Assembly: GCA_027339965.1 (NCBI GenBank)
Contig: DAHWNL010000086.1
Coordinates: forward strand, 1 to 59,932
Length of the DNA stretch: 59,932 nucleotides
Direction: 5' to 3'
Origin: Granulicella sp.
GTDB lineage: Bacteria; Acidobacteriota; Terriglobia; Terriglobales; Acidobacteriaceae
The notes beneath the pieces were generated by a model. The model was not told the DNA's origin. It did no database searches and saw only the letters and a list, made by a program, of their open reading frames with translations. Within the stretch, counting starts at the first letter, position 1, and each line of letters opens with the position of its first letter. A program made the position numbers and the translations under genes. Positions 1 through 9,027 of the stretch are shown here, piece after piece.

Positions 1-195
1 GAAAAAGCCTGGCCCAAGCTCAAGCACATCCTGCGCAAAGCCAAGGCAAGAAGCGAAGAGCTGCTCGATCAAGCCACGGGCGAGGCGCTGAAACTCATCA
101 CCCCGGAAGATGCCAGGGGATGGTTCCGGCTCTGCGCCACAGGTCTATCGTATTTTGCAGAATGCTCTCTGCTGCGCAACGGAAACTTGAACTAG
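1..195 (+). mobile_element. 3' end of IS630-family transposase (cut by window edge, probably degenerate)
   Basis: Frame 1 reads EKAWPKLKHILRKAKARSEELLDQATGEALKLITPEDARGWFRLC..., resembling the IS630/DDE_3 C-terminal pattern (IE.AWSKLK..LRK...R....L..A...AL..IT..DA.GWF..C); stop TAG at 193-195. Confidence 0.8.
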
Positions 196-388
196 CCGAG
201 GCGCCGTAACACAACGGGGTAAACTGCGCACCCGGCCGGGGATGCACAGGGCTCGAGTGCGGCTCCATTCTGCCAACGCTTTGCTGTAAAGTGCTGCGTG
301 CGATCCTGAGCAAGAAGGCCCCGGCGCGGTTCCGCATCCCGTACACTAAGCCTGTAGCGCCTCGGTCTGTGCCGGGAAAGGTGGTCTC

Positions 389-1390
389 ATGTCCGTCTAC
401 TTCATCCCCTCCATCGTCCTTGGCTTGCTGTTGCTCATCACCATTGCCAAAACCTACTACCAGGTGCGCACCTTCACCGCCGGGGTGGTGGAGCGGTTTG
501 GAAGGTTTGACCGCATCGTCCGGCCAGGCCCTCACCTGCTGATTCCGTTTGTCGAACGCATCTACTTCGTCGATCTGCAGGTGAAACAGGCCCAATTCTC
601 AGTGGAGACCAAAACCCGCGACAACGTCTTTGTGCAGATCCCGGTGAGCGTGCAGTACCAGGTGTTGGATGACCGCATCTACGATGCGTTCTACCGCCTC
701 TCCCAACCGAAGAAACAGATCGAGTCCTTTGTCTTCAACTCCATCCTCGGCCACGTCCCCAAACTCACCCTGGATGAAACCTTCGAGCAGCAGTCGGGCA
801 TCTCGGTTGCGGTGAAGAATGAGCTCGACCAGACCATGTCCGGCTTCGGCTTCAACATCCTCACCGCGCTGGTGACGGACATCGTGCCAGACGCCAAGGT
901 GAAGGCGGCGATGAATGATATCAACGCCGCGCAGCGAACACAGGTCGCCGCCCAGGCGCGCGGCGAGGCCGAAAAGATTCTGAAGGTCAAACAGGCTGAA
1001 GCCGAGGCCGAGTCCAAGGCTCTGCAAGGCAACGGCATCGCACGCGAGCGCCAGGCCATCATCGACGGCCTCTCCGCCTCCATCGAACACTTTCAGAAGG
1101 GCGTTCCCAGCACCTCGGCGGGTGAGGTCCTGGCCCTGGTCCTGCTCACCCAATACTTTGACACCTTGCGCGACATCGGCACCCGCGGCGGAACCAATAC
1201 CTTGTTCCTGCCCAACTCTCCCGGTTCCGCAGCCGACTTCCAGACCCAGATTCTGGCCGGCCTGCGTGGCGCACCCGTACCGCTGGAGAGCCTGAACCCA
1301 GCGCGCCCCGAAGAACCCCAGCGCCCTTTCGACCCTCCCGCCCCACCGGTTGGCACCCCGGGAACACCGGAAGCCTTTACCAGCCAATGA
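389..1390 (+). CDS. SPFH/band 7 domain membrane protein (HIR-like subfamily)
   Basis: N-terminal TM helix, ETKTRDNVFV motif, AEAEAESKALQG coiled coil, Pro-rich tail. Confidence 0.92.
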   Translation: MSVYFIPSIVLGLLLLITIAKTYYQVRTFTAGVVERFGRFDRIVRPGPHLLIPFVERIYFVDLQVKQAQFSVETKTRDNVFVQIPVSVQYQVLDDRIYDAFYRLSQPKKQIESFVFNSILGHVPKLTLDETFEQQSGISVAVKNELDQTMSGFGFNILTALVTDIVPDAKVKAAMNDINAAQRTQVAAQARGEAEKILKVKQAEAEAESKALQGNGIARERQAIIDGLSASIEHFQKGVPSTSAGEVLALVLLTQYFDTLRDIGTRGGTNTLFLPNSPGSAADFQTQILAGLRGAPVPLESLNPARPEEPQRPFDPPAPPVGTPGTPEAFTSQ

Positions 1391-1898
1391 GGAGGCCGGT
1401 GCGCTCTTCCACTGCCTGCTCCTTTTGGACTACAAGCTCGCCACGCAACATCATCGCAAGGTCATCGCGCTGGCCGCAGCCACGCTTCTCAGCATAGCTT
1501 GGACCCTCCTGTTCTTGCTCCGCCCTCCAGCGCCTCTGCCTTGCTCCGGCTGCATCTTCCAGCTACCGCTTTTCCGTGCCGATGGTCCGTGCCAATGGTG
1601 CTCCGGAAAAGAGGCTTGCGACGGCGATTTGATTGGCGAAGATGCCCGCAACGATCTTGGCTCTGCAACCGCCCTGCCTGGAAAAAGCCATCTCGACCCT
1701 GCTGAGCTTCTTCCTCGCCGTGAGCGCCGGCGCAGCCCGCCGACGCTCCGATCCATAGCGCTGTCCTGCCAGCTGCGATCGGTGAGGCGATGATCAAAAC
1801 CGGCAGGCCTGATGGGTTGGGACGCCACGGCTCATCGCCCGCCCTTCGCCAGAGGTTAAAGGTCTTGGAACCGCCAGCCGATAAGAAGAGGAGATAGT

Positions 1899-2180
1899 AT
1901 GGCCACTCTTATCCAACGCACATCCGAAGCAAAACGCCCGCAGAAGGCTCACCGCAAGCTGAGTGACCAATCACTCCCTGTCCGCCATGGATTGAAGGCA
2001 ACGCCGCGCTCAGGGGGCCTTCGCGGTGCGTTACGGACCATCGCCCACGCTATGCTGGCCCCCTTCCTGTTTACGGCTGGGCTCCTGGGCTTTGTCTGGG
2101 TGATGGCGGACCTGACGTGGTACCGCATGCGCAGCCTCCGCAAGAGCCGCTCCCAGCCAAGGGGCCTCTGGGATATCTGA
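1899..2180 (+). CDS. small hypothetical membrane protein
   Basis: GAGGAG SD 5 nt before ATG; one hydrophobic segment (APFLFTAGLLGFVWVMA). Confidence 0.6.
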   Translation: MATLIQRTSEAKRPQKAHRKLSDQSLPVRHGLKATPRSGGLRGALRTIAHAMLAPFLFTAGLLGFVWVMADLTWYRMRSLRKSRSQPRGLWDI

Positions 2181-2446
2181 ACCCCGCGCGCGTTGCCCGC
2201 CAGGCGAACCACCTCTCCAGCCCACAAGCGGAGCCCTCAGCCGCGTAATGGCTCACGCCGAGCCTGCTTCACGCAGGTTTTCAGATGTGCCAGCCACGCC
2301 CACTCTGGAGCACCATGGGCAGCGAACGGCATGAAACCGGACTTTCCCGAAGAGATTTTCCGCAAAGACGCGCCCTTGATTCTCCGGCCGGATCTCCGCG
2401 CCGCTCCGCTGCTCTTGGGCACCCGTATCCCAGAGGTCTGCCCGGG

Positions 2447-3565
2447 TTAGCAGTTGTAATTGATCTCTTCTTCTTCTTCGACCCCGTAGCGACGTAGCAG
2501 ATTGGGCAGGTTCTGGCTGAATGCCGCGCGCGGCATCACCACATCGCAACCCGCCTCGACGGCCTTGGCCTTCAGATCGCCCTGCAGGTGGGAGAGGAAA
2601 CCGATGATGGAGGCTGACTTCTTGAGCTTGGCCTTGAGCTTTGGAATCAGCGTCAGCGGCTTGGCGTTGGCATTGTTTAGATCGAAGACGATCAGCGCCG
2701 GCTTGTCCTTGTCTCCTTCGGTCAGCGCGGCTACGCTCTCCTTTTCGTTCTTCACGAACTCCACCTTCACGCCCAGCTTCTTGGCCGTCTCCTGGATCTT
2801 GGCCTGGAAAAACAGCTCTTCAATGAAGAAATAGATGTGCGTCTGGGCTCCCTCCGGGATTGGAATCGGCCGCGGCATCGAGCGGTCGATCGGCTGCGAA
2901 TCGCCAGTGTGTCGATGACCGCTGCGGCGCGTCTGTCCCGGCATCTGGATGGTGGACGGCGGGGTATCGCCAAACTCGCCCGCCTCACGATAGCTGTGAT
3001 CCATGGGGCCCACAAACCCACGCTCGCGCTGCTGGCTACCGCCGTTCTTTCCCTTGCGCTTGAAGCCGCCAATCTGGTTGCCGAAGTTGTCCGGACGATA
3101 GCCATTCCCTCCGCCGTAGGCGTTGGGCGAAGCGGCCTCGGCGCGCAAGTCATTGCCCGGATTCTCACCCCTGCCGGCGCTGCTCGTGCGGCGCTCGCGA
3201 TCCCGGAACTTCTTCTTCCAGCGTTTGCCTGCGGGCTGCTGGCCGGCAGCCGGCAGCTTTCGCGCTCCCTGTGTCCCAGCCGCCGCCAGCGCCAGGCTCT
3301 CGCCCTCCATCACCAGCGGAGCCAAAGGCAGAGCTGCATCACCCTCAGCGCCGGTCACGGCGGGGCCGTCACCGGCGATCTTGTTCTTGCGTTTGCGCCT
3401 CCGCCGCCGGCTGCTCTTGCTCTGGCCCATTCCCGGACCTGGCTGGCCTCCGTCGCTGGCGTTTATCGGCTCCTGTGAGCCGCACTCCTGATTGCCGTCG
3501 TCTCTGCTGCTGTAATCCTCTGCCGCGTCGTACGACGAGAAAGCTGCTATGTTCTGCTCTGACAT
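2447..3565 (-). CDS. Arg/Gly-rich disordered N-terminus fused to an atypical response-regulator receiver domain
   Basis: Start moved to MSEQNIAA (AAGGGG SD upstream). C-terminal ~120 aa has receiver-like layout (IVFDLN, GFLSH, AGCDVVMPR). N-terminal part is low-complexity, with SRRRRRKRK and KRWKKKFRDRERR. Confidence 0.8.
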   Translation of the reverse strand: MSEQNIAAFSSYDAAEDYSSRDDGNQECGSQEPINASDGGQPGPGMGQSKSSRRRRRKRKNKIAGDGPAVTGAEGDAALPLAPLVMEGESLALAAAGTQGARKLPAAGQQPAGKRWKKKFRDRERRTSSAGRGENPGNDLRAEAASPNAYGGGNGYRPDNFGNQIGGFKRKGKNGGSQQRERGFVGPMDHSYREAGEFGDTPPSTIQMPGQTRRSGHRHTGDSQPIDRSMPRPIPIPEGAQTHIYFFIEELFFQAKIQETAKKLGVKVEFVKNEKESVAALTEGDKDKPALIVFDLNNANAKPLTLIPKLKAKLKKSASIIGFLSHLQGDLKAKAVEAGCDVVMPRAAFSQNLPNLLRRYGVEEEEEINYNC

Positions 3566-3836
3566 GGTGCTTTGAATTCCCCTTGCGACTGAAGGCTTGA
3601 GACTCCTTGAACATGCGTCGGTGCCTGGTCCATCGCGACCCAACCGAAACCAGTTCGAAGGCGTGTCAATCGTCCTCTCTCAAGCGTTGACTTGTTGCTC
3701 CATCTGTGTCGATCTTCGGCGCCCTTCGGCGCCCATAGCCGATTGCGGTCCGCCCGCCGCACCCGGCAAACGGATCATGGCATCTTATGGACTTTCTCCA
3801 CTTCGTCTTCCCTGGAAAAACCAGGAAGCCCGTCTT

Positions 3837-3881
3837 TGATTCTTGGATCCCTGATTCTTGGATCCCCGATTCTTGGATCCC
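3837..3881. repeat. 15-bp tandem repeat x3 (YGATTCTTGGATCCC)
   Basis: Units at 3837-3851, 3852-3866 and 3867-3881. Confidence 0.95.
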
Positions 3882-4053
3882 CGACCCCCTCGGCCGAGAT
3901 CCTACTGGCGTTCGTCCGCTCCCAATCTATCGCCGTCCACCGCAATCGGGCATGTCCGCGCGCTCAGCAGATCAACCTCTTTCTTTCGTCTTTGCTGCGT
4001 TCATACGCTAGCGACTCTACCCTGTGCTCTTCGTCCACCCGGCCGGCTCTTTA

Positions 4054-4079
4054 TGGTTCCCTGCTCTGGTTCCCTGCTC
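4054..4079. repeat. 13-bp tandem repeat x2 (TGGTTCCCTGCTC)
   Basis: Units at 4054-4066 and 4067-4079. Confidence 0.9.
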
Positions 4080-4452
4080 TGGGATGCTAAGAATGGATTG
4101 GCGATCACTCACGATTCTGGGCTCGAAGTGGATGGCGTCCCCAAAGATCGTATCCATCCCGCGGAATCTTGCCTGTTCCAAGCTTCCCTCACATCGCCTT
4201 CGTGGCGCGATCTCCGCGACAGACTCTGGGTTCGCCCTGAATCATGATGTAGCGGTGACGGGCTACGCTCTTGGCACCCCTTGTTGATCGCTTCGTGGTA
4301 GTTCGGTATCTACAGAATCCGCGTTGGAGACCCAAGCTCGTGATCGGTTCCTGCTGAAACCCCCGCTTACTTGCTTTGGAGAGCCCACCGGGCATTGAAC
4401 CCACCGGACGGCTCAAAGTGCGCAAGTGACCCTTGGCCTGCGGAACACCTTG

Positions 4453-4481
4453 ATTCTACGCCGGAGAGAAGCTAAGCGCAA
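4453..4481 (-). promoter_or_regulatory. sigma70-type promoter TTGCGC-N17-TAGAAT
   Basis: -35 at 4481-4476, 17-nt spacer, -10 at 4458-4453; predicted +1 near G4446. Confidence 0.7.
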
Positions 4482-4592
4482 CTCCGTTTTGCACGGATGG
4501 TATTCGGATCAAGTTTGTCATTGCATAGACATCGGGCCACCTCCCCTCCCCGGAAGATGGCCCTAGCCCCTAATAGCCAGTCACTAGCCTCC

Positions 4593-4813
4593 CAAAGAGC
4601 CTCCCGAGGACGAAAGTCCCTGAAGAGACCTTGGCTTGACGGTAACCTCCCTCTTCGGGGAGGTTGAATCCCGCAAATCTCCGCCTCAATCCCTTTGCAG
4701 ATCTCGGGGCGTCATCGATTTAAGCGGCTTTCCCGCTTCAAGCAATAAGGAGATTCGAGCTCTGATCTGGTCTGCAACTTCGCACCCTGGACCACGCACC
4801 CACATCCCTACAG
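4593..4813 (-). ncRNA. putative sigma54-dependent structured small RNA (~215 nt; may extend to ~4534)
   Basis: Downstream of a -24/-12 motif. Helices at 4722-4727/4733-4738, 4644-4651/4658-4665 and 4675-4682/4749-4756; terminal G-U-rich hairpin 4598-4630 followed by CUUU. Confidence 0.45.
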
Positions 4814-4823
4814 CGTGAGAAGC

Positions 4824-4840
4824 TGCAATCCTGATACCAA
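4824..4840 (-). promoter_or_regulatory. sigma54 (-24/-12) promoter motif TTGGTATCAGGATTGCA
   Basis: Exact GG-N10-GC spacing with TTGCA at -12; A/T-tract-rich DNA upstream (4845-4940). Confidence 0.6.
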
Positions 4841-5301
4841 ACCGGAAACAACGATTTTTGCCCAAAATCCCAAATTTCGGCCGAATCAGGCCACCAAAAA
4901 TCGGAGTTTGAGTCGTCTCATCTCCGTTTTTCAGAAGAATCTTCGATCTGCCTCCCGGAGGATGCCGCAACCCGATTGGAGATCTGGGAGACCCAACGGC
5001 CCTCGGAAGGTTCGCCGCGAAGCGTCACGCCAGAACGCCAGCGGCAATCCACCCAGCCCAGCAGTCTATGTAGCCACGGACCGATCGTCGCGATGGCTCT
5101 GCTTCCAATTGGCTGAACTCCCGCCCGGCAGAATCTTCGCCTAATCTTCCTGGACACGCCCGGAGACACGCCTGATTTCTTCGGCCAACGAATCGATCCT
5201 CTCACCCTCTCTGGCGACCAAACAACCCGAGCAAGGCGAGGAAACGGGCGGCAGCAAGATTTTGAGCCGGCCAGTGGATTCCATAGAATGAGAGGGGCAA
5301 G

Positions 5302-6708
5302 ATGACCAAGCCAGTGCGTCCCGACCCATATCCACATCAACGTCCACCTCAGCGCCCCCTCTTTCACTCTCCCTGGGTGATCTTCTGGGTGGCTTTCGCA
5401 GTGCGGGTGGCCGTAATCCTGATAGGGCATACCTACCGGATTCGGACTATCGGGGAAAACTTCGACTTTGGTTTTGAGGCGGGCCGGATTGCGCGCTCGC
5501 TGGTAACCGGGCACGGCTACGGGAACCCGTTCAATGGAATGTCGGGACCCACCGCCATGGAACCCCCGCTCTATCCGCTTCTCCTGGCCGCCGCCTTCAA
5601 GTTGTTCGGCGTCTACACTCACGCTGCGGCGATAGCCGTCATGGTAGCCGACAGCGCGTTCTCCGCGCTGGTGGTTCCCGCCATCTATGAGATCGCGCAG
5701 CGCTGCTTTGATGCGCGCGGCATCGCGCGAAGGCGCTCCACCGCAGCGGCGCCGGTGGCGCTGTGGTCTGCCTGGGTGTGGGCCGTCTATCCCCCGGCGC
5801 TGCAGTACGCCGTGCATTGGATCTGGGAGATGTCGCTCACAGTCTGTTTGTTTAGCTGGGCTCTGGTGGTCACGCTGCGGCTACGCGGGGTGGGAGAGAG
5901 CCAACCGACCGGGACAGGGGAAGGATGTAATGGAACAGTCTCGCGGAACGCTCCTCTGCTGTGGTTTGTGCTGGGGGTGTTGTGGGGACTCGTGGCGCTC
6001 TCCAACTCCTCGCTGCTGCTCTGCCTACCCGCCTCCATGGTCTGGGTACTCTGGCCCCGGCTTCGAGCCGGCGGGCTGCGCCGTTCGGCCTTCTGGCAGA
6101 GGGCTATTGCCGGAGCCGCGTTGACCACCCTTGCGTTCTGCGCGGTGCTGGCCCCATGGGTGGTCAGAAATGAGCGTGTGATGCACGCCTTCATCCCCGC
6201 GCGCAGCAACTTTGGGCTGGAGTTGTACAACTCCACATTGCCGTCTTATGACGCATTCCCGTGGGGTGCCGTGCTGCCGCTATGGCCGGGAGACCCCGTC
6301 TTCCAGCAATATGTGCGCATGGGCGAGATCAAGTTCTCCCGCATGCGCCAGCGGCAAGCCATCGCCAACATCCGTTCAGAGCCGGGCCAGATCGCCCGTT
6401 GGACGTTGGATCGGTTTCTGTTCTTCTGGGAGGGTATGCCCCACGCGGCCAACGGCCGGCCCATGCTGGAATTTCTGCGTCAGTTCAGCTATTCCTTTAT
6501 CAGCGCCTGCGGCTTGCTCGGGCTGGCGCTCATGCTGCGCCGGAGGCTCGAAGGAGCGGGGTTGTTTGCCCTGGTCTTCGTGTTGGCTCCCGTGGTCTAT
6601 TACTTTGTCACCATGCAGTCCCGTTTTCGCCATCCGATCGAGCCGCTGATCGCAATTCTCGGCGTGTATCTGTTCCGCTCCACGGAGAAGTCAGAAAGGC
6701 GAGCCTGA
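5302..6708 (+). CDS. GT-C fold membrane glycosyltransferase (ArnT/PMT-like)
   Basis: Polytopic protein; E..RIARSL..GHGY, PTA.EPPLYP, PWVVRN and RFRHPIEP motifs; GAGGGG SD. Confidence 0.8.
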   Translation: MTKPVRPDPYPHQRPPQRPLFHSPWVIFWVAFAVRVAVILIGHTYRIRTIGENFDFGFEAGRIARSLVTGHGYGNPFNGMSGPTAMEPPLYPLLLAAAFKLFGVYTHAAAIAVMVADSAFSALVVPAIYEIAQRCFDARGIARRRSTAAAPVALWSAWVWAVYPPALQYAVHWIWEMSLTVCLFSWALVVTLRLRGVGESQPTGTGEGCNGTVSRNAPLLWFVLGVLWGLVALSNSSLLLCLPASMVWVLWPRLRAGGLRRSAFWQRAIAGAALTTLAFCAVLAPWVVRNERVMHAFIPARSNFGLELYNSTLPSYDAFPWGAVLPLWPGDPVFQQYVRMGEIKFSRMRQRQAIANIRSEPGQIARWTLDRFLFFWEGMPHAANGRPMLEFLRQFSYSFISACGLLGLALMLRRRLEGAGLFALVFVLAPVVYYFVTMQSRFRHPIEPLIAILGVYLFRSTEKSERRA

Positions 6709-6712
6709 AAAG

Positions 6713-7768
6713 ATGCGCACCGTCGAGGTACTCGTCACAGGCGGTTCGGGCTTTTTGGGCGGCGTGCTCAAGCGGCGTCTGCTGCAAGAGGGGTTTGCCG
6801 TCACGAATCTTGATCTGGTGCGCGACGAGGATGCGGGTGCTGAAGGGCTCACCAGCATACAGGGGGATATTCGCGATGCGGGTTTGTTGGCGAGGATCTT
6901 TGCCAACCACAGCTTCGCGGCGGTCTTCCATTGCGCCGCGATGCTGGCCCATGATGTGAAGGACGAGCGGAAGCTGTGGTCCAGCAACGTGGATGGAACC
7001 CGGCTGGTGGCCCAGGCGGCCATCTCCGCCGGCGTGATGAAGATGGTCAACATCTCGTCAAATTGCCTCTGGGCTAAAGGGTTTGCCAGACCAGTGACCG
7101 AGGCGGATGAGCCGGCGCCGGTGGAGTTGTACGGGAGATCCAAGCTTCAGGCGGAACGGGAGTTGCAAGCGCTCTGCGAGCGGCATTCGGAGTTCCGCGT
7201 CATCTCGCTGCGCTGCCCCACCATCATAGACAGCGGACGGCTGGGATTGTTGGCCATCCTGTTTGAGTTCATCCAGGACGGCAAGAAGGTCTGGGTGGTG
7301 GGGGATGGAACCAACCGATACCAGTTCATCTATGCGCAGGATCTGGCTGAAGCTTGTCTGCTGTGCCTGCGTTATGACAAGTCCAATGTGTTTCATATCG
7401 GCTCGGACGCAGTCCCGGCCATGCGCCAGCTGTATGAGAGCGTGATTCGCTCGGCGGGGAGCGCTTCCCGCGTAGCTTCGTTGCCGCGGAGACCGGCCAT
7501 CGCCGCCATGCGGTTGGCGCACAAGCTGAAACTTTCGCCGTTGGGACCGTACCATTACCGGATGATCGCCGAGAGCTTTGTCTTCGACACGCAGAAAATC
7601 CGCAAGGAGTTGGGCTGGAAACCTACGCTGACCAATGAGGCGATGATGCTGCGCGCCTTCTCCTACTATTGCGAAAACCGAAAGGCGATTTACGCCCGGA
7701 CCGACGTGTCTGCGCACTCCAAAGCTGCCCCGATGGGCGTGATCCGATTGTTGAAGTGGCTGTCTTGA
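6713..7768 (+). CDS. NAD-dependent epimerase/dehydratase (extended SDR)
   Basis: TGGSGFLG Rossmann motif; YGRSK catalytic YxxxK. Confidence 0.92.
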   Translation: MRTVEVLVTGGSGFLGGVLKRRLLQEGFAVTNLDLVRDEDAGAEGLTSIQGDIRDAGLLARIFANHSFAAVFHCAAMLAHDVKDERKLWSSNVDGTRLVAQAAISAGVMKMVNISSNCLWAKGFARPVTEADEPAPVELYGRSKLQAERELQALCERHSEFRVISLRCPTIIDSGRLGLLAILFEFIQDGKKVWVVGDGTNRYQFIYAQDLAEACLLCLRYDKSNVFHIGSDAVPAMRQLYESVIRSAGSASRVASLPRRPAIAAMRLAHKLKLSPLGPYHYRMIAESFVFDTQKIRKELGWKPTLTNEAMMLRAFSYYCENRKAIYARTDVSAHSKAAPMGVIRLLKWLS

Positions 7769-7811
7769 AGGCTGCAAGAAGATCGCGGCGGGGAAGCCGC
7801 AGAGAGACGAG

Positions 7812-8264
7812 ATGAAGATGGGACCAAAGATTCTGATACAGCGGTTGTTGGATTCGGCGCAGATGCCACGCTATGCGCATGCCGGAGCCTATGGAGATCT
7901 GGCGGCGGATCTGTTTGCCGCCGAAGCCGTAGTGCTCTCTCCGCTGGGCAAACCCGGGTCGACGCAAGCGGTCAGAACCGGCCTGGCGATGGAGTTGCCC
8001 TCCACCCACGGAGCACTGGTGGAAGACCGCTCCGGGCTGGCCATGCGCGGAGTGACCACGTTGGCCGGAGTCATCGACCCCGGCTATCGCGGCGAGCTCA
8101 AGATTGTGTTGACCAACCTCTCCAGCGAACCGCAGACCGTGGCGCCCGGGCATCGGATTGCGCAGTTGCGGATCGTAGAGAGGATTCAGGCCACCTTTGA
8201 AGAGACCAACATGCTGGCCGAAACGCCGCGTGGCGCCGGGGGCTTCGGTTCAACCGGGGTGTAG
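7812..8264 (+). CDS. dut: dUTP diphosphatase
   Basis: RSGLA, GVIDPGYRGE, RIAQL and RGAGGFGSTG motifs. Confidence 0.96.
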   Translation: MKMGPKILIQRLLDSAQMPRYAHAGAYGDLAADLFAAEAVVLSPLGKPGSTQAVRTGLAMELPSTHGALVEDRSGLAMRGVTTLAGVIDPGYRGELKIVLTNLSSEPQTVAPGHRIAQLRIVERIQATFEETNMLAETPRGAGGFGSTGV

Positions 8265-8403
8265 CGCCTTCTGCCGGGGAAGCGGAAACGCAGTGGATCG
8301 CCGGTCAGGAAAGCAACCGAATCGATTTGCAGAAGCGCATCCCGCTCCGGGAACCATTGGCAGGATCAGCTCGTATCTGTGATCCCCAAGAGTGCTCTGA
8401 TCC

Positions 8404-8790
8404 ATGGCAGAGAGCCTCTCACAATTCGATGGGAAAAGGAGAGTCTGCCACGCGTTCTCTCGCTCTCGCCCTGATTCTGGCTGCGCCTTGCCGCGCGCTT
8501 GCCTAAGCCCCCGCTACCATTCCCATCCCCAGTATCAGGATGTTGTTTGGAGTCTCCACCACCCGAAGAATCCGGATGTGATGGTCACCTTCATCAACCA
8601 TCCGCTGACAGACCGCGAGTTGGCGATCGGAAACCAGAAGGATGAAGTTGGCGATCTATCGAAACTGTCCCTGCTGGTTCCAATCGGAGATCCTGCATTT
8701 GTGTACAGTCAGAGGGACTCCAAGGGGAACGGGCCGGAGTTGATGCCTGCGGATGCAGAGGATCACGACCACGCCATCCTGCTGCAATAG
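8404..8790 (+). pseudogene. probable degraded secreted-protein gene
   Basis: A signal-peptide-like stretch (MGKGESATRSLALALILAAPCRALA) ends in TAA in one frame, while protein-like sequence continues in another frame to 8790. Confidence 0.3.
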
Positions 8791-9027
8791 CTTTGTGCTG
8801 CCACGGAGAGAGCTCCTATGGCCGCCTCCGGCTGGGGCCCAGATCCACGCAACCCGCCGTCGGACGCCCGCCTGGACAAGAAGACCAGCCGCGCATCCCG
8901 GTGTCCGGCCTCCGGCTGTCTGGCTTCCGGCTGTAGCGAGGCAGGCTGTAGCGAGGCAGAGGAAGCTGGCGTAAGATGGCTGTGGCGCGCTCCGCGCGCA
9001 AGAGAAACTGCCTGAAGGAGATCTCCC

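Larger units (their letters stand above)
3566..4446 (-). ncRNA. putative large structured RNA or giant 5' leader (~880 nt), family not recognised
   Basis: Follows a canonical sigma70 promoter; no convincing ORF; many nested helices, including a perfect 11-bp long-range helix 3739-3749/3939-3949; G-U wobbles favour the minus strand. Confidence 0.6.

Noticed and set aside
1350..1828. ORFs between the SPFH gene and the small membrane gene
   Set aside because: No SD, no recognisable motif, mutually overlapping; at most a degraded fragment.
3837..3881. CRISPR array
   Set aside because: Contiguous 15-bp units without spacers; no cas genes in the window.
4369..4427. 6S RNA (GGGUUCAA) or group II intron domain V (GAGCCG...)
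   Set aside because: No ~180-nt rod with a central bubble, no GNRA loop or AC bulge of domain V, and no RT ORF nearby.
4606..4620. GAGGACGAAAGTCC resembling the RNase P GAGGAAAGUCC motif
   Set aside because: It has a 3-nt insertion, forms a local GGAC-GAAA-GTCC hairpin, and lacks the matching 3' AGAACCCGGCUUA-type P4 strand.
4608..4630. CUGAAGA and GAAA suggesting a hammerhead ribozyme
   Set aside because: The order and stems do not fit: no CUGAnGA-stem II-GAAA followed by a stem III and UH cleavage site.
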